The notes: generated from the letters alone by a model not told the origin. A DNA stretch of 32,000 nucleotides from Candidatus Saccharimonadota bacterium (GCA_041661045.1 JBAZVE010000001.1:720001-752000); one strand, 5' to 3'. Shown: positions 7,654 through 17,840, counted from the first letter of the stretch. Numbers and translations: made by a program.

Positions 7654-9414
7654 ATGAATAAACTCCAATCCTTTTTTAAATCTTTGCTCGTACGGACCAA
7701 AGCCTCGTTTTACCGGTTTCCGGTGAGCATGGCCATTATTCTTGCGGCCTTTTCTCTCATGGTCTTGGATCTTTGGACGCCCCATGAATTTAAAGATGAA
7801 AAGATCATGCAACTCATTGTTATTTTTTGGGTGACGCTCCCCATTTTTACGGCGTTTTCTCTCTTCTTTAAAAAGCGTTGGCCCCTGCTTTTGGGTTTGG
7901 GGGCGGCTTTGTTTTTATTCTTCACCACGGAGGATACGATGCGGGAGGAAGACATTCAGGTGTTTATGCTGTGGGGCGGGGCCTTTTATAGCTTGCTCTT
8001 TGTGTTGCCACACTGGAAAAATAATCAAAACAATGGATTTTGGACCTATTGCACGCGGATTCTTTTTATATTGATTTTAGGTTTTGCGTGTAGTGGAATT
8101 TTGGCGGCATCTTTGACCTTGGCTCTTGAGAGTATTCGTACTTTGTTTGAGGTGGATATTGATTATCGTTGGATGGAGACCATGGCAATGTTCGCTTTCT
8201 TTTTTGTCTTACCCATGTTTGTGCATATTGGGCTTCCTCAAGATTGGAAGACTTTGGAAAAGAATACGGAGCACCCTCATTTTTTTAGACCGCTCAGTGC
8301 CTATTTGCTCACCCCCATTTCAGTATTGTTCTTTGGAATCCTGACGGTGTACGCGCTTAAGATTCTTATTACAACAGAATGGCCCAGCGGGCAGGTGGCG
8401 TATCCGGTGCTTTACCTCTCATTGGTGACTTTTGGGTTTTACCTCATTTCTTATCCTTGGAGACAAACTTGGCAACGCTGGTTCTTTGCGGCACTTCTGC
8501 CTTTTCTGGCGATGTATTTCATCGCGCTTGGAATGCGCATTGAACAGTATGGTCTCACGGAAATGCGTTACTTGGGCTTGATCCTTGGCGCATGTCTTGT
8601 TTTGGAGTCTTTTTACTTTGCTTTTATTAAGAGACAACGACTTCAGATGATGCTGATTCCTTTGGCGATTGCTGCCTTTGTGTTTGCGGTTGGGCCTTGG
8701 GGGGCCAATGAACTGCCCATTCGATCTCAAGAAAAACGGCTCGAGGCGGTGCTCATCGAAATCGGTGCCTTGCAGGATGACCGTTTGGTTCTTGTGGAAG
8801 CTTCAACCGTTCCCGATGAGACCGTGGTTCAAATCTCTTCAATCGTTCACTTTTTATCTCGAAGAGATCGTCTGAGTGATTTACAGGAGTGGACCAGTGT
8901 GGATCTTTTTGACGGAAGGTCTGGTGAGGAATTTATGAAGGCCATGGGTCTTGAATATCAGCCGTGGGGTATACGAGATAAGGGGCGACTGCTGAGGTTC
9001 TCTCACTCTTCGCGTTCGTTTGGAACGGAGGATTTTTATCCCATCTCCGGTTTTGATTTTCAGGGGGGCGTTGACCTTTCTTATATCCCTCATCTTCCCG
9101 AGGTCGCCACACAGACCCTGTCTCTTCAGGAGGAAACTCTTGTGCTTGGTCTTTCACCTTCCGGTATGCTTACCCTGGGTCGCCAGGGAGCTATTTTGAG
9201 TTTTGATCTTATGGCCCTGGAAAAAGTTTTGCCGGAGTACACTTCAAAAACCGATCCCACTCGAGATGTTGAGGATTTTGTTTTGAATGCTGAAAACTCC
9301 ACGATGCGAGTGCGTATTTATATCACTCATTTGAGCGGGGGCTATTCGGATGCTTCGGAAACGGTGTTTGAAGATCTTTCCTTGAACGGGGAGATGCTGG
9401 TGGATTTCAAATGA
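7654..9414 (+). CDS. Polytopic membrane protein (about 11 TM helices plus a roughly 230-aa soluble C-terminal domain), possibly DUF4153-like
   Basis: The first 350 aa contain repeated hydrophobic 20-aa segments, followed by a hydrophilic C-terminus. The family assignment is only a recollection of similar architectures. Confidence 0.75.
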   Translation: MNKLQSFFKSLLVRTKASFYRFPVSMAIILAAFSLMVLDLWTPHEFKDEKIMQLIVIFWVTLPIFTAFSLFFKKRWPLLLGLGAALFLFFTTEDTMREEDIQVFMLWGGAFYSLLFVLPHWKNNQNNGFWTYCTRILFILILGFACSGILAASLTLALESIRTLFEVDIDYRWMETMAMFAFFFVLPMFVHIGLPQDWKTLEKNTEHPHFFRPLSAYLLTPISVLFFGILTVYALKILITTEWPSGQVAYPVLYLSLVTFGFYLISYPWRQTWQRWFFAALLPFLAMYFIALGMRIEQYGLTEMRYLGLILGACLVLESFYFAFIKRQRLQMMLIPLAIAAFVFAVGPWGANELPIRSQEKRLEAVLIEIGALQDDRLVLVEASTVPDETVVQISSIVHFLSRRDRLSDLQEWTSVDLFDGRSGEEFMKAMGLEYQPWGIRDKGRLLRFSHSSRSFGTEDFYPISGFDFQGGVDLSYIPHLPEVATQTLSLQEETLVLGLSPSGMLTLGRQGAILSFDLMALEKVLPEYTSKTDPTRDVEDFVLNAENSTMRVRIYITHLSGGYSDASETVFEDLSLNGEMLVDFK

Positions 9415-10313
9415 TTCAAACGAACGACGATAGGCAAGTGATCTGCCGAAAGGCGGTCTGCTGCGTGAAAATCCAAAACTTCCCATCCTGAGCTCAAGAG
9501 AGCGTGGTCGATGGGGAGTTGAAAGAGCAGATTGTGGGCATGCCAGGTTGGAATAAGACCAAAGCCCACACGGGCATCTTGGAGAGAGGCGTTTTTGAGA
9601 AGGTCTATGAAATGCGGGGACCAGGGGGTGGCGTTGAAGTCGCCCATGATGAGGATGGGGACGGGGCTGGCTTTTGTGTAGGCGACCAGGTCTTGGAATT
9701 GAGTGTTTCGCTCTGCAGCCCAAGCGGCGGTGAGGGGGGCCATGGGATGGACCCCCAAAATGTGGTAAGACGCATCTTCCGGAGTGAATTCCAGGCCAAC
9801 TTCCGTGCCCAAGGGGATTTCTTTGAAAGAGCCCGGGATGCGGCTGGCCATGGCGATGCCGTGAACTCCTGTTTTTTGGGTGAGGGCTTGGTGGGGGTAG
9901 TCTTCTTGAAAGAGGGTGAGGCCGGTTTCCCAATCCGCATTGGCTTCGTGAATGATGAAGAGGTCCGGATTTTCCTTTTGAAGCACGGGGAAAAGTTCTT
10001 CAAATTGAGTGTTGGTGTAATAAAAATTGCTGGCCAAAACGGTGAGGTTTTGGTCTTGGGTGGCGACTTCTGTGTGGGCTTGCAGGTAAGGGGCAAGGGT
10101 TCCGGCGTGAATTGAAAAAAATGTGCTGAACAGGAGAGCGAGGGTCCAGTATTTTTTTTGCAGCGTTGCCAGAAGCAGGAGGCCCGTTAGCATCGCGTAA
10201 TAATGTGCGTAATGCGTGAAGAGTTCAAAAAACCAAGAAGCTTGAGCGGAGAAAAGGATGATTTGGAGTAAGACAAAGCCAATAGAACTGATGATGAGAA
10301 GTTTTTTAGTCAT
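9342..10313 (-). CDS. Membrane-anchored endonuclease/exonuclease/phosphatase (EEP) family protein
   Basis: Three N-terminal TM segments are followed by EEP motifs: FIIHEAN, ILIMGDFNATPWS, PIDHALLS and SADHLPIVVRL. Confidence 0.8.
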   Translation of the reverse strand: MTKKLLIISSIGFVLLQIILFSAQASWFFELFTHYAHYYAMLTGLLLLATLQKKYWTLALLFSTFFSIHAGTLAPYLQAHTEVATQDQNLTVLASNFYYTNTQFEELFPVLQKENPDLFIIHEANADWETGLTLFQEDYPHQALTQKTGVHGIAMASRIPGSFKEIPLGTEVGLEFTPEDASYHILGVHPMAPLTAAWAAERNTQFQDLVAYTKASPVPILIMGDFNATPWSPHFIDLLKNASLQDARVGFGLIPTWHAHNLLFQLPIDHALLSSGWEVLDFHAADRLSADHLPIVVRLNHLKSTSISPFKERSSNTVSEASE

Positions 10314-10377
10314 GGCTTGAGTTTAGTCGCTCGGCATAGACTTTTCCAGATTGATTTGCTAGGATTACCAGCGATTT

Positions 10378-12603
10378 ATGGCAAAAAGACGACTCACTCG
10401 ACGGCGCAAGGGCAACCCCATCCTCAATTTTGAGGTGGAGAGTCATATTATGAGGGAAATTTGGGCGGTGGCTTACTTGGCTTTGGCCGCGCTCACCTGG
10501 CTCTCGCTCAATCAACAGTTGGGCGTTTTGGGAGATTTATGGGTTTCCGGCTTACGACCCGTGTTTGGGGTGGGCTTGGAGGCGGTGCCTTTTGTGCTTC
10601 TGTTTATGGGAGCTTCGGTGTTTTTTTCCAAGCAAATTTCTTGGGGGCTTGCGCGGCTGACCGGTGTTTTTGCGCTCGCGGTTTCGATTTTGGGCTTTGT
10701 GCACATGGGGGTTCCGGAGACGGAACTTTTGGAGACGGCACAGATGGGACAAGGGGGTGGTTATATTGGATTTGTGTCCAGCTTTATTTTTACCGCGGCC
10801 TTCGGCCGCGTGGGGGCTTTTGTTCTGCTCGTGGCTTCTTTTTTGATCGGCGTGCTTTTGACCCTGCAGGTGAGCTTGGGCGCGCTTTTGCGTTTCATCA
10901 CCCCTTCGCCCAAAATGGTTCGCAAGGTTATTGACACCGCTACCCCTGAGTTCACCATTCTTCCCAGGGAGGAGGATGAACTCCGCATTGTGAGCCCGGC
11001 CTCCACTGCTCCCGCCAAAGAGTTGCTCAGCATGACGATTAAGGAACTCAGCATGCAGGAAGTGGAAGAACGAATGGCCAAGGCTTTGCCCGAAGATGAC
11101 GACAGTGTTCCGGTGGAGACTGGGGAAGAGGAAGTGGTGGTGACTTCCAAGAAAAAGAAAAAAGGGGAGCCGGAACTAGAAGACAGTGTGGAATGGAGTC
11201 CGCCGCCCATGGATTTGTTGGAGGTGGGCAAAGAATCTTTTGAAATCAATCAAAGCGATTTGAAACGGAAAGCGGATCTTATTAAAACGAAGCTCGAACA
11301 ATTTGGAATTGATGTCTCGATGAATGAAGTGCATGTGGGGCCCACGGTGGTGCAGTACACCTTAAGGCCGGCGGACGGAGTGAAGCTTTCTAAAATCACT
11401 TCTTTAAAGAATGACATTGCGTTGGCACTTGCGGCGCCGGCCGTTCGTATTGAAGCGCCCATCCCGGGTAAATCTCTGGTTGGGATTGAAATTCCAAGTG
11501 CTTCACGGACCACGGTGCACATGCGTGAAATGATGGAAACGGCTGAATATATAAAAGAGAGTTCCAAACTCAAAATTGCGTTGGGGCGGGATGTTTCCGG
11601 CCGGTCCATGGTTGCGGATTTGGCCAAAATGCCCCACTTATTGATTGCCGGAGCCACGGGTTCCGGTAAGTCCGTGGGACTCAACAGTTTCTTGGTCTCT
11701 TTCTTGTACAACAACTCTCCCAAGGAACTAAAGTTTATTATGATTGACCCCAAGCAAGTGGAACTTTCCACTTATAACGGGCTGCCTCATTTGCTCACGC
11801 CGGTGATCACGGATCCTGAAAAAGCGGCCACGGCACTCCGTTGGGCGGTGGCGGAGATGAATCGACGCTACAAGGTTTGTGCGGAGGCCGGGCACCGCAA
11901 TATTGCCGACTACAATGCGGATCGCAAGACGGCTGAAAAGATGGCAAAAATTGTGATTGTGATTGATGAATTGGCGGACCTCATGATGCAGGCACAGAAG
12001 GAGGTGGAGGCTTCGATTTGCCGTATTGCGCAGATGGCGCGCGCCGTGGGCATGCACTTGATTGTGGCGACTCAAAGACCTTCGGTGGATGTTATCACAG
12101 GTTTGATTAAAGCCAATATTCCGGCGCGCATCGCCTTTACGGTGGCGAGTGGAGTGGACAGCCGCACGATTTTGGACACCAATGGCGCGGAAGATTTGTT
12201 GGGAAGTGGAGACATGCTCTACATCTCCGGAACCATGGGTAAGCCGGTGCGCATTCAAGGTATTTTTGTTTCTTCCAAAGAGATCGAAAAAGTCACCAAT
12301 CGGCTCAAGCTCACGCATGAACCCGTTTATCAGCAGGACATTACTTCCAAAGAGACGGCACAAAGATCTGTGCAAGGTGTTCCGGACATTCCGGATGAAG
12401 CCAAGTCTGATGAGGAATTGGTGAACCTGGCCATTGAATGTCTCAAAAAGAACCGTAAAGCGGCATCCACTTCTTCAATGCAACGCTACCTGCGCATTGG
12501 CTATTCGCGTGCCGCACGAATCATCGATTTACTTGAACAGGCTGGAGTTATTGGTCCGGCTCAAGGCAGCAAACCACGGGATGTGTTTGTGGAGAGAGAT
12601 TAA
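10378..12603 (+). CDS. ftsK: DNA translocase FtsK/SpoIIIE
   Basis: N-terminal TM helices, an acidic linker, a motor domain with Walker A GATGSGKS and Walker B VIVIDELADLM, and a C-terminal gamma winged helix (MQRYLRIGYSRAARIIDLLEQAGV). Confidence 0.93.
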   Translation: MAKRRLTRRRKGNPILNFEVESHIMREIWAVAYLALAALTWLSLNQQLGVLGDLWVSGLRPVFGVGLEAVPFVLLFMGASVFFSKQISWGLARLTGVFALAVSILGFVHMGVPETELLETAQMGQGGGYIGFVSSFIFTAAFGRVGAFVLLVASFLIGVLLTLQVSLGALLRFITPSPKMVRKVIDTATPEFTILPREEDELRIVSPASTAPAKELLSMTIKELSMQEVEERMAKALPEDDDSVPVETGEEEVVVTSKKKKKGEPELEDSVEWSPPPMDLLEVGKESFEINQSDLKRKADLIKTKLEQFGIDVSMNEVHVGPTVVQYTLRPADGVKLSKITSLKNDIALALAAPAVRIEAPIPGKSLVGIEIPSASRTTVHMREMMETAEYIKESSKLKIALGRDVSGRSMVADLAKMPHLLIAGATGSGKSVGLNSFLVSFLYNNSPKELKFIMIDPKQVELSTYNGLPHLLTPVITDPEKAATALRWAVAEMNRRYKVCAEAGHRNIADYNADRKTAEKMAKIVIVIDELADLMMQAQKEVEASICRIAQMARAVGMHLIVATQRPSVDVITGLIKANIPARIAFTVASGVDSRTILDTNGAEDLLGSGDMLYISGTMGKPVRIQGIFVSSKEIEKVTNRLKLTHEPVYQQDITSKETAQRSVQGVPDIPDEAKSDEELVNLAIECLKKNRKAASTSSMQRYLRIGYSRAARIIDLLEQAGVIGPAQGSKPRDVFVERD

Positions 12604-12610
12604 TTTTTAT

Positions 12611-13009
12611 ATGACCTTCCAATTCCAAATTCTCAATTCTGCTCATGGGCCTCGTTTTACTCCCACTGTTTTGAAGGAGGCTCGGAAAGTTTTTAAAGAA
12701 GTACGGATGGGGCTTTTGTACTGTGATGAGGAGCTGGATCCCTTTAAGGTGCCAAGCTTTGATGCGATTGAAGAGCTTATTTTCTTTTTGGCCTTGGTGG
12801 GGGATGATGAGTTTTTTAAGAAGGAAGTGGATGCACTTGAGTTTTATGAAGGCAAAAAGCCTCAACTTGGATTTGCATTGAGGGGGGATCGAGAGATGTG
12901 GCTCAGTGAAGAGGGTAAAAAACATTTGGGAGCCCACAAGATTTTTGCTTTCACTCCGCTGTCTTATGTGAAAAAACACATCGGACTATTTTTGAAGGCG
13001 GAAAAATGA
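12611..13009 (+). CDS. Hypothetical protein (132 aa)
   Basis: The ORF-track frame 12434-13009 overlaps ftsK. The first ATG after the ftsK stop is 12611 (MTFQFQIL...). No motif recognised. Confidence 0.5.
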   Translation: MTFQFQILNSAHGPRFTPTVLKEARKVFKEVRMGLLYCDEELDPFKVPSFDAIEELIFFLALVGDDEFFKKEVDALEFYEGKKPQLGFALRGDREMWLSEEGKKHLGAHKIFAFTPLSYVKKHIGLFLKAEK

Positions 13010-13013
13010 GCCG

Positions 13014-15575
13014 TTAGGCGCCGTGGCATTTCTTGAACTTCTTTCCACTTCCACATGGGCAGGGGTCGTTGCGGCCCACTTCGTCGAGATCGATGCTGCC
13101 TTTTTTGGTTGTGGCGATCGCAGATTCTTCGGTGTTTTGATCGATGGCTTGGTCGTTGGTGACCATGGGCATTGGGGTGGGCTTTTGCACCACTTGGACA
13201 TTGATTTTCACATGGAAAAGGCTACGCACGGTGTTTTGATTCATGCTGTCCATGAGCTCTTCAAACAATTGAAAAGCCTTGTTTTGGTATTCAATGAGGG
13301 GATTCCTTTGGCCATACCCGCTTAAGGACACGGCGTCGCGGAGATCTTTGAGCTCGTCGATGTGGCGCATCCAGAGCATGTCCAGGGTACGGAGACTGAT
13401 CATCCGTTCGGCACGGCGCAAAATGTCCGGGGAGGGCAGGGCTTTTTCTTTTTCCAAATATTCTTCGAGCAAATAGTTTTTGATTTTTTCGATGAGGCCT
13501 TCTTGACCCAGAGATTCTAGAGTCTCACGAGCTAGGGGAGTCTTTGGGTCGCGGTGAAGGGCGCTCACGCTCTCGAAGATTTCTTTGGTGTCTCCGGGAT
13601 GTTTGAGCACGATGCGTTCCGCTTCTTCCTCAATGAGCACCAAAATGGAATTTTTAAGATCTTCATTCTCCAGAATTTTTCGTCTGCGGGTGTAAATGAT
13701 GTCGCGGTGTTTGTTGATGACGCTATCGTATTCCACCAAGTGTTTGCGGATATCAAAGTTGTGACCCTCCACTTTTTTTTGCGCGCTTTCAATGCTTCGG
13801 CTGATGAGGCTGTTTTCGATGGGGGTGTCTTCGGGTAGGCCCAGTTTTTCCATGAGACTGCTCATGCGGTCGCCGCCAAAAATACGCATCAAGTCGTCTT
13901 CCATGGACACAAAAAATTGAGTGAGCCCCGGGTCTCCTTGGCGACCGCTTCGTCCGCGGAGCTGGTTGTCGATGCGCCGCGCTTCGTGCCGTTCACTCCC
14001 AATCACACAGAGTCCGCCAAGCTCCTTTACACCCTCGCCAAGTTTGATGTCGGTTCCACGGCCGGCCATGTTCGTGGCAATGGTCACCGCGCCGCGTTCG
14101 CCGGCCTTTGAAATGATTTCCGCTTCCTGCTCGTGGAATTTTGCATTGAGCACATGATGGGGAACGCCCTCGGCCTTGAATAATTTGGACAACGATTCGG
14201 ATTTCTCCACAGAAATCGTGCCCACCAAAACCGGCTGCCCTTTTTCATTCAGCTCTTTCACCACTCGGGCGATGGCTCTGAATTTGGATGCGGTGTTTTT
14301 ATAAATGGCATCCGACTTGTCTTCGCGGGTGACGGGACGGTGGGTGGGAATCTCGTACACGGCCAATCCATAAATGGTTTCGAATTCTTCCTCTTCCGTT
14401 TTTGCGGTTCCCGCCATGCCCGCCAGTTTTTTGTAGAGACGGAAATAGTTTTGAAAAGTAATGGTGGCCAGGGTTCTGCTTTCTCGTTTGATTTCCACTC
14501 CTTCTTTTGCCTCAATCGCCTGGTGAAGTCCTTGTCCAAAACGGCGACCCGGCATGAGGCGGCCGGTGAACTCATCCACAATCATAATCTGTCCATCTTT
14601 CACCAAATAATCCACATCGGCTTTGTAGACGGCGTGGGCGCGGAGCGCTTGTTCAATGTGATGCACCTCTTCAAAGCCTTTTTCTGTATAAATATTCTCT
14701 ATTCCCAAGAGTTCCTCCATTTTTTTGACGCCTTCTTCCGTGAGGGTGACGCTGCGCTGTTTTTCATCGATATTGAAATGAGTGTTTTCATCTAGTAGGC
14801 GAACCAATTTCCCGTATTGATCGTACTTTTGTGTGGACTCCTCTGCAGGGGCGGAAATAATGAGCGGAGTGCGAGCTTCATCGATCAAAATAGAATCCAC
14901 TTCGTCCACAATGGCGTAATGGAGTGGGCGTTGGACCAAGGCCTCTAAACTTGGAGCCATGTTGTCCCGCAAATAGTCGAAACCAAATTCGTTGTTGGTT
15001 CCGTAGGTGATGTCTGCGGCGTAGGCTGCTTTTTTCTCATCTCGATTTTGTCCATGCACCACCACGCCCACGCTGAGTCCCAAAAACCGGTAGAGGCCTC
15101 CCATCCATTCGGCATCGCGTTGAGCCAAATAATCATTCACGGTCACGATGTGTACGCCTTTGCCTTCCAGGGCGTTGAGGTAAACCGGCAAAGTACAGAC
15201 TAAAGTTTTACCTTCTCCCGTTTTCATCTCCGCAATTTTGCCTTCGTGCAGCACGATTCCTCCCACCATTTGGACATCAAAAGGCACCATGTCCCAGGTG
15301 TAATCGTAACCGCGGATCTTCCAGGAAGCTCCTTGCAAGTGTCGACATGCGTTTTTAAGCAAAGCAAAGGCCTCGGGGAGCAAATCTTCCACCGTTTCTC
15401 CTTTTGCAATTCTCTCTTTGAACTCCGATGTCTTCTTAGGAATATCCTCGGCGGTGAGTTTGCTTTGGTAGTCCACCTCAATGGCGTTGATCTTTTCCAC
15501 TACTTTGGCCACGCGCTTCAGCTCCTTGTTTTGAGGATCCCCGAAAATTTTATTGAGTGTTTGAATGACCGACAT
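13014..15575 (-). CDS. secA: Preprotein translocase ATPase SecA
   Basis: 853 aa with the Walker A region MKTGEGKT, DEAD-like DEVDSILIDEARTPLIIS, and the C-terminal zinc-binding tail CPCGSGKKFKKCHG. Confidence 0.97.
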   Translation of the reverse strand: MSVIQTLNKIFGDPQNKELKRVAKVVEKINAIEVDYQSKLTAEDIPKKTSEFKERIAKGETVEDLLPEAFALLKNACRHLQGASWKIRGYDYTWDMVPFDVQMVGGIVLHEGKIAEMKTGEGKTLVCTLPVYLNALEGKGVHIVTVNDYLAQRDAEWMGGLYRFLGLSVGVVVHGQNRDEKKAAYAADITYGTNNEFGFDYLRDNMAPSLEALVQRPLHYAIVDEVDSILIDEARTPLIISAPAEESTQKYDQYGKLVRLLDENTHFNIDEKQRSVTLTEEGVKKMEELLGIENIYTEKGFEEVHHIEQALRAHAVYKADVDYLVKDGQIMIVDEFTGRLMPGRRFGQGLHQAIEAKEGVEIKRESRTLATITFQNYFRLYKKLAGMAGTAKTEEEEFETIYGLAVYEIPTHRPVTREDKSDAIYKNTASKFRAIARVVKELNEKGQPVLVGTISVEKSESLSKLFKAEGVPHHVLNAKFHEQEAEIISKAGERGAVTIATNMAGRGTDIKLGEGVKELGGLCVIGSERHEARRIDNQLRGRSGRQGDPGLTQFFVSMEDDLMRIFGGDRMSSLMEKLGLPEDTPIENSLISRSIESAQKKVEGHNFDIRKHLVEYDSVINKHRDIIYTRRRKILENEDLKNSILVLIEEEAERIVLKHPGDTKEIFESVSALHRDPKTPLARETLESLGQEGLIEKIKNYLLEEYLEKEKALPSPDILRRAERMISLRTLDMLWMRHIDELKDLRDAVSLSGYGQRNPLIEYQNKAFQLFEELMDSMNQNTVRSLFHVKINVQVVQKPTPMPMVTNDQAIDQNTEESAIATTKKGSIDLDEVGRNDPCPCGSGKKFKKCHGA

Positions 15576-15614
15576 GCGTGCAGAATAACATGGTTTATGG
15601 GCTTCACACTAGGC

Positions 15615-17057
15615 CTAGTCGGCGGCTTTCCCCCTCAACACCACCCAGAAGGTTTTGAGGATGATTTTGAAGTCCATCCAAGGAGACCAGTGTTTGATGT
15701 AGGTGCTGTCCAGGCGCACTTCTTCTTCAAAGTCTAGATCGCTTCGTCCACTGGTCTGACTGAGTCCTGTAATCCCAGGTTTGATGGTGAGCAAAAAATG
15801 GTGCCGTTGTTCGTATTTTTCCACTTCCTCCGGGAGGTGAGGGCGGGGGCCCACCAGGCTCATGTCTCCTTTGAGCACACTCCACAAGTTGGGAAGTTCG
15901 TCCAAGCTGGTTTTACGCAAAAACTTTCCGAAGGGGGTGATGCGAGGGTCGTTTTTAATCTTCATCAAAGGTCCTTTTCTGTGGTTTTTTTCGGCTAAAT
16001 CGCTGTAACGGAGGTGATGCGTGTTGTGTTGCATGGTTCTGAATTTGTAAAACTTGAATCGGTCACCCACCTGTCCGATTCGGTACGCTGGGGAGCCGTC
16101 TTCCAGTTTGCTGAAAATGATGGGACCTTTGGAATCCAGCTTCACTCCAATAGCTATGCCCAAAAAGACGGGACTGAGCAGCAAGAGAGCTACGGAGCTC
16201 AAGGCCAGATCGACACTGCGTTTGTAAATGCGCCCCCAACCGTCCAGCGGCGTGGGTTTGAGGTGAATGATGGGGTAGCCTCCGATGGTTTGAATTTCAA
16301 TATTGCTTCGTTCCACGGCCAAAATGTCCGGGACAAAACGGTATTCCAAGTGATGTTCCTGGCAGAACTGTAGAATTTCGTGATCCTGCACCTCGCTCAG
16401 TTCTTGGCTGGTTTGCAAAATCACTTCTACCTTATTCCGCTTGGTGATGCGCTTCAGTTCTTTGAGCGAGCCCAGCATTTTTGCGTTTTCGATGCGCGCG
16501 CTTCCTTCAGTGAGGTAGCCCACCACTGTGTAGTGGGGGTCTTTCCGGAGTTTTTTAGCCAGTTTATCCGTGATTTTATTGGCCCCAATCAAAAGGATTC
16601 GCCGTCTGCCGATGTCGGCGTTTAGGAACAAGAGTTCGATTTGTCTCAGCACCAGACGGGCCACAATCATGAAAATTACGCTGAGCACTGCCCCAAAAAT
16701 CAGCACCAGGCGGGAGAAAAAAAGCTCACGAGTCAGAAAAAAGTACGCCATGATGAGGAGCATCCAGACCAAAGAGTGGGTGAACACATGTCGTGTTTCG
16801 GTGAGGGCCTTTGCGGTGTTGCGCATGCGATATAGGCCAAAAAAAGCAAAAACGCCCACCAACATGAGACCAAAGAGCAGGCCAAATTCCAAATATTCTT
16901 CCGGGGGAAGAAAGTTTGCGGGCATCACTTCAAAATCTCGTCCGGGGATAAAATCCCCCATCAAACGGAGCTTGTACCCCAACAAAAATCCAAGCACCAC
17001 CATGGTGAAGTCCACGGGGATGCGCAGCAGTCCAAAAGCTATTTCGGAGCGTTTCAT
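15615..17057 (-). CDS. Undecaprenyl-phosphate sugar phosphotransferase (WbaP/bacterial sugar transferase family)
   Basis: N-terminal TM helices plus the C-terminal Bac_transf hallmarks: [26 protein letters not shown] and PGITGLSQ. The start is set at ATG 17057, because the GTG at 17084 lies inside a terminator hairpin. Confidence 0.9.
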   Translation of the reverse strand: MKRSEIAFGLLRIPVDFTMVVLGFLLGYKLRLMGDFIPGRDFEVMPANFLPPEEYLEFGLLFGLMLVGVFAFFGLYRMRNTAKALTETRHVFTHSLVWMLLIMAYFFLTRELFFSRLVLIFGAVLSVIFMIVARLVLRQIELLFLNADIGRRRILLIGANKITDKLAKKLRKDPHYTVVGYLTEGSARIENAKMLGSLKELKRITKRNKVEVILQTSQELSEVQDHEILQFCQEHHLEYRFVPDILAVERSNIEIQTIGGYPIIHLKPTPLDGWGRIYKRSVDLALSSVALLLLSPVFLGIAIGVKLDSKGPIIFSKLEDGSPAYRIGQVGDRFKFYKFRTMQHNTHHLRYSDLAEKNHRKGPLMKIKNDPRITPFGKFLRKTSLDELPNLWSVLKGDMSLVGPRPHLPEEVEKYEQRHHFLLTIKPGITGLSQTSGRSDLDFEEEVRLDSTYIKHWSPWMDFKIILKTFWVVLRGKAAD

Positions 17058-17070
17058 GTGCGCAGTGTAG

Positions 17071-17097
17071 CAAAAAGAAAACACTCTTTCGAGTGTT
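17071..17097 (-). terminator. Intrinsic terminator after rnpB: AACACTC-GAAA-GAGTGTT followed by TTCTTTTTG
   Basis: A 7-bp stem with a GNRA-type GAAA loop and a U-rich tail on the minus strand, immediately 3' of the RNase P RNA P1 helix. Confidence 0.55.
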
Positions 17098-17100
17098 CCT

Positions 17101-17484
17101 TCTTACTCCCTATAAGCCGAGTTCTGTCTTGCAACGAGTTTAGTGTTGCAAGTGTGACCATTTCTCTGGGCCTTCTATTGCTAGAGGGCTCAAGCGGTGG
17201 GCGCACGGGGGTCTTAGGCTGACCGGGTCCCGCACTCCATTCCCACCTTGCAAGGAAAAGGGTTTACCTAGCCGACTCTCTCTCGAGAGGGCTCCCCATA
17301 TTCCACCACCACTTGCGTGGGGCTAAACAGAGGGGGCGTTTCATGTTGGTGCGTCTCTGTGGCACTTTCCCTACTGCGCGTTTTTGAGATCGCGCGGCGG
17401 CCGCCGTTAGCGGCTTTCCTGCCTACCTTGCTCGGACTTTCCTCACCCTTTCTCCGAAGAGTAAAGAGCGCGGTCACAAGGAGC
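17101..17484 (-). ncRNA. rnpB: RNase P RNA, bacterial class A
   Basis: The minus strand reads GAGGAAAGUCCGAGC (CR-I), GUGCCACAGAGACGCACC, GGCUAGGUAAACCC, CUUGAGCC...GGCCCAGAGAAAUGGUCACA and ACAGAACUCGGCUUAUAGGGAG, colinear with the E. coli M1 RNA blocks. P1 (GCUCCUU/AGGGAGU) and P2 (GUGACC/GGUCAC) pair the two ends, and there is a P3 UUCG hairpin. End coordinates are accurate to about 5 nt. Confidence 0.9.
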
Positions 17485-17490
17485 TGAACT

Positions 17491-17519
17491 AGTATGCGAG
17501 CTTTTCAGCTCTGCGTCAA
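17491..17519 (-). promoter_or_regulatory. Sigma-70-like promoter of rnpB: TTGACG-N17-CATACT
   Basis: -35 at 17519-17514 and -10 at 17496-17491. The predicted TSS, about 7 nt downstream (near 17484), coincides with the first nucleotide of the P1 helix. Confidence 0.6.
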
Positions 17520-17821
17520 GCGCGTGGGCGTGATCTTTGTGCAGCTCTGATCAAGTTCGCATAAATTACCTGTTGCTCCTCTACTGAGAGAGAGCTGAGG
17601 TCTATACGCCTTCCTTCTGTCGGACGGGCGTTGAGAACTGGAACTCCGCGCAGTTCCGGGGCCTGCATTGGAAATTGTGCAAGACCTTTACCTTCAATCG
17701 GTGTGAATCCCCATGCCTGCGAATCTTCTCCAGGTGTTGTCTCTCTAGAACCATCTTTTGTTGGGATGCGGTCCATAATGATAATGGTCGGTTCTTCTCC
17801 TGATGGTGTTTCTGGTGACAT
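17516..17821 (-). CDS. Hypothetical protein (101 aa)
   Basis: The ORF sits tightly between the 66-aa ORF and rnpB. Its C-terminal segment GRRIDLSSLSVEEQQVIYANLIRAAQ loosely resembles the GRVSLPPEVRTAIRRV segment of the neighbouring ORF. No family recognised. Confidence 0.5.
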   Translation of the reverse strand: MSPETPSGEEPTIIIMDRIPTKDGSRETTPGEDSQAWGFTPIEGKGLAQFPMQAPELRGVPVLNARPTEGRRIDLSSLSVEEQQVIYANLIRAAQRSRPRA

Positions 17822-17840
17822 AAGCTTTGGGGTTAAAGGT

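Noticed and set aside
9244-9933. 229-aa Pro/His/Arg-rich ORF on the minus strand
   Set aside because: It is an alternative frame of the EEP-family gene and the membrane-protein gene. The composition is extremely biased and there are no motifs.
12434-12610. Upstream extension of the 12434-13009 ORF
   Set aside because: The extension overlaps the conserved FtsK gamma domain in another frame. The first ATG after the ftsK stop (12611) gives a clean non-overlapping gene.
17268-17477. 69-aa minus-strand ORF
   Set aside because: It falls completely inside the RNase P RNA, overlapping the CR-I GAGGAAAGUCCGAGC block and downstream helices. The region is explained by rnpB.
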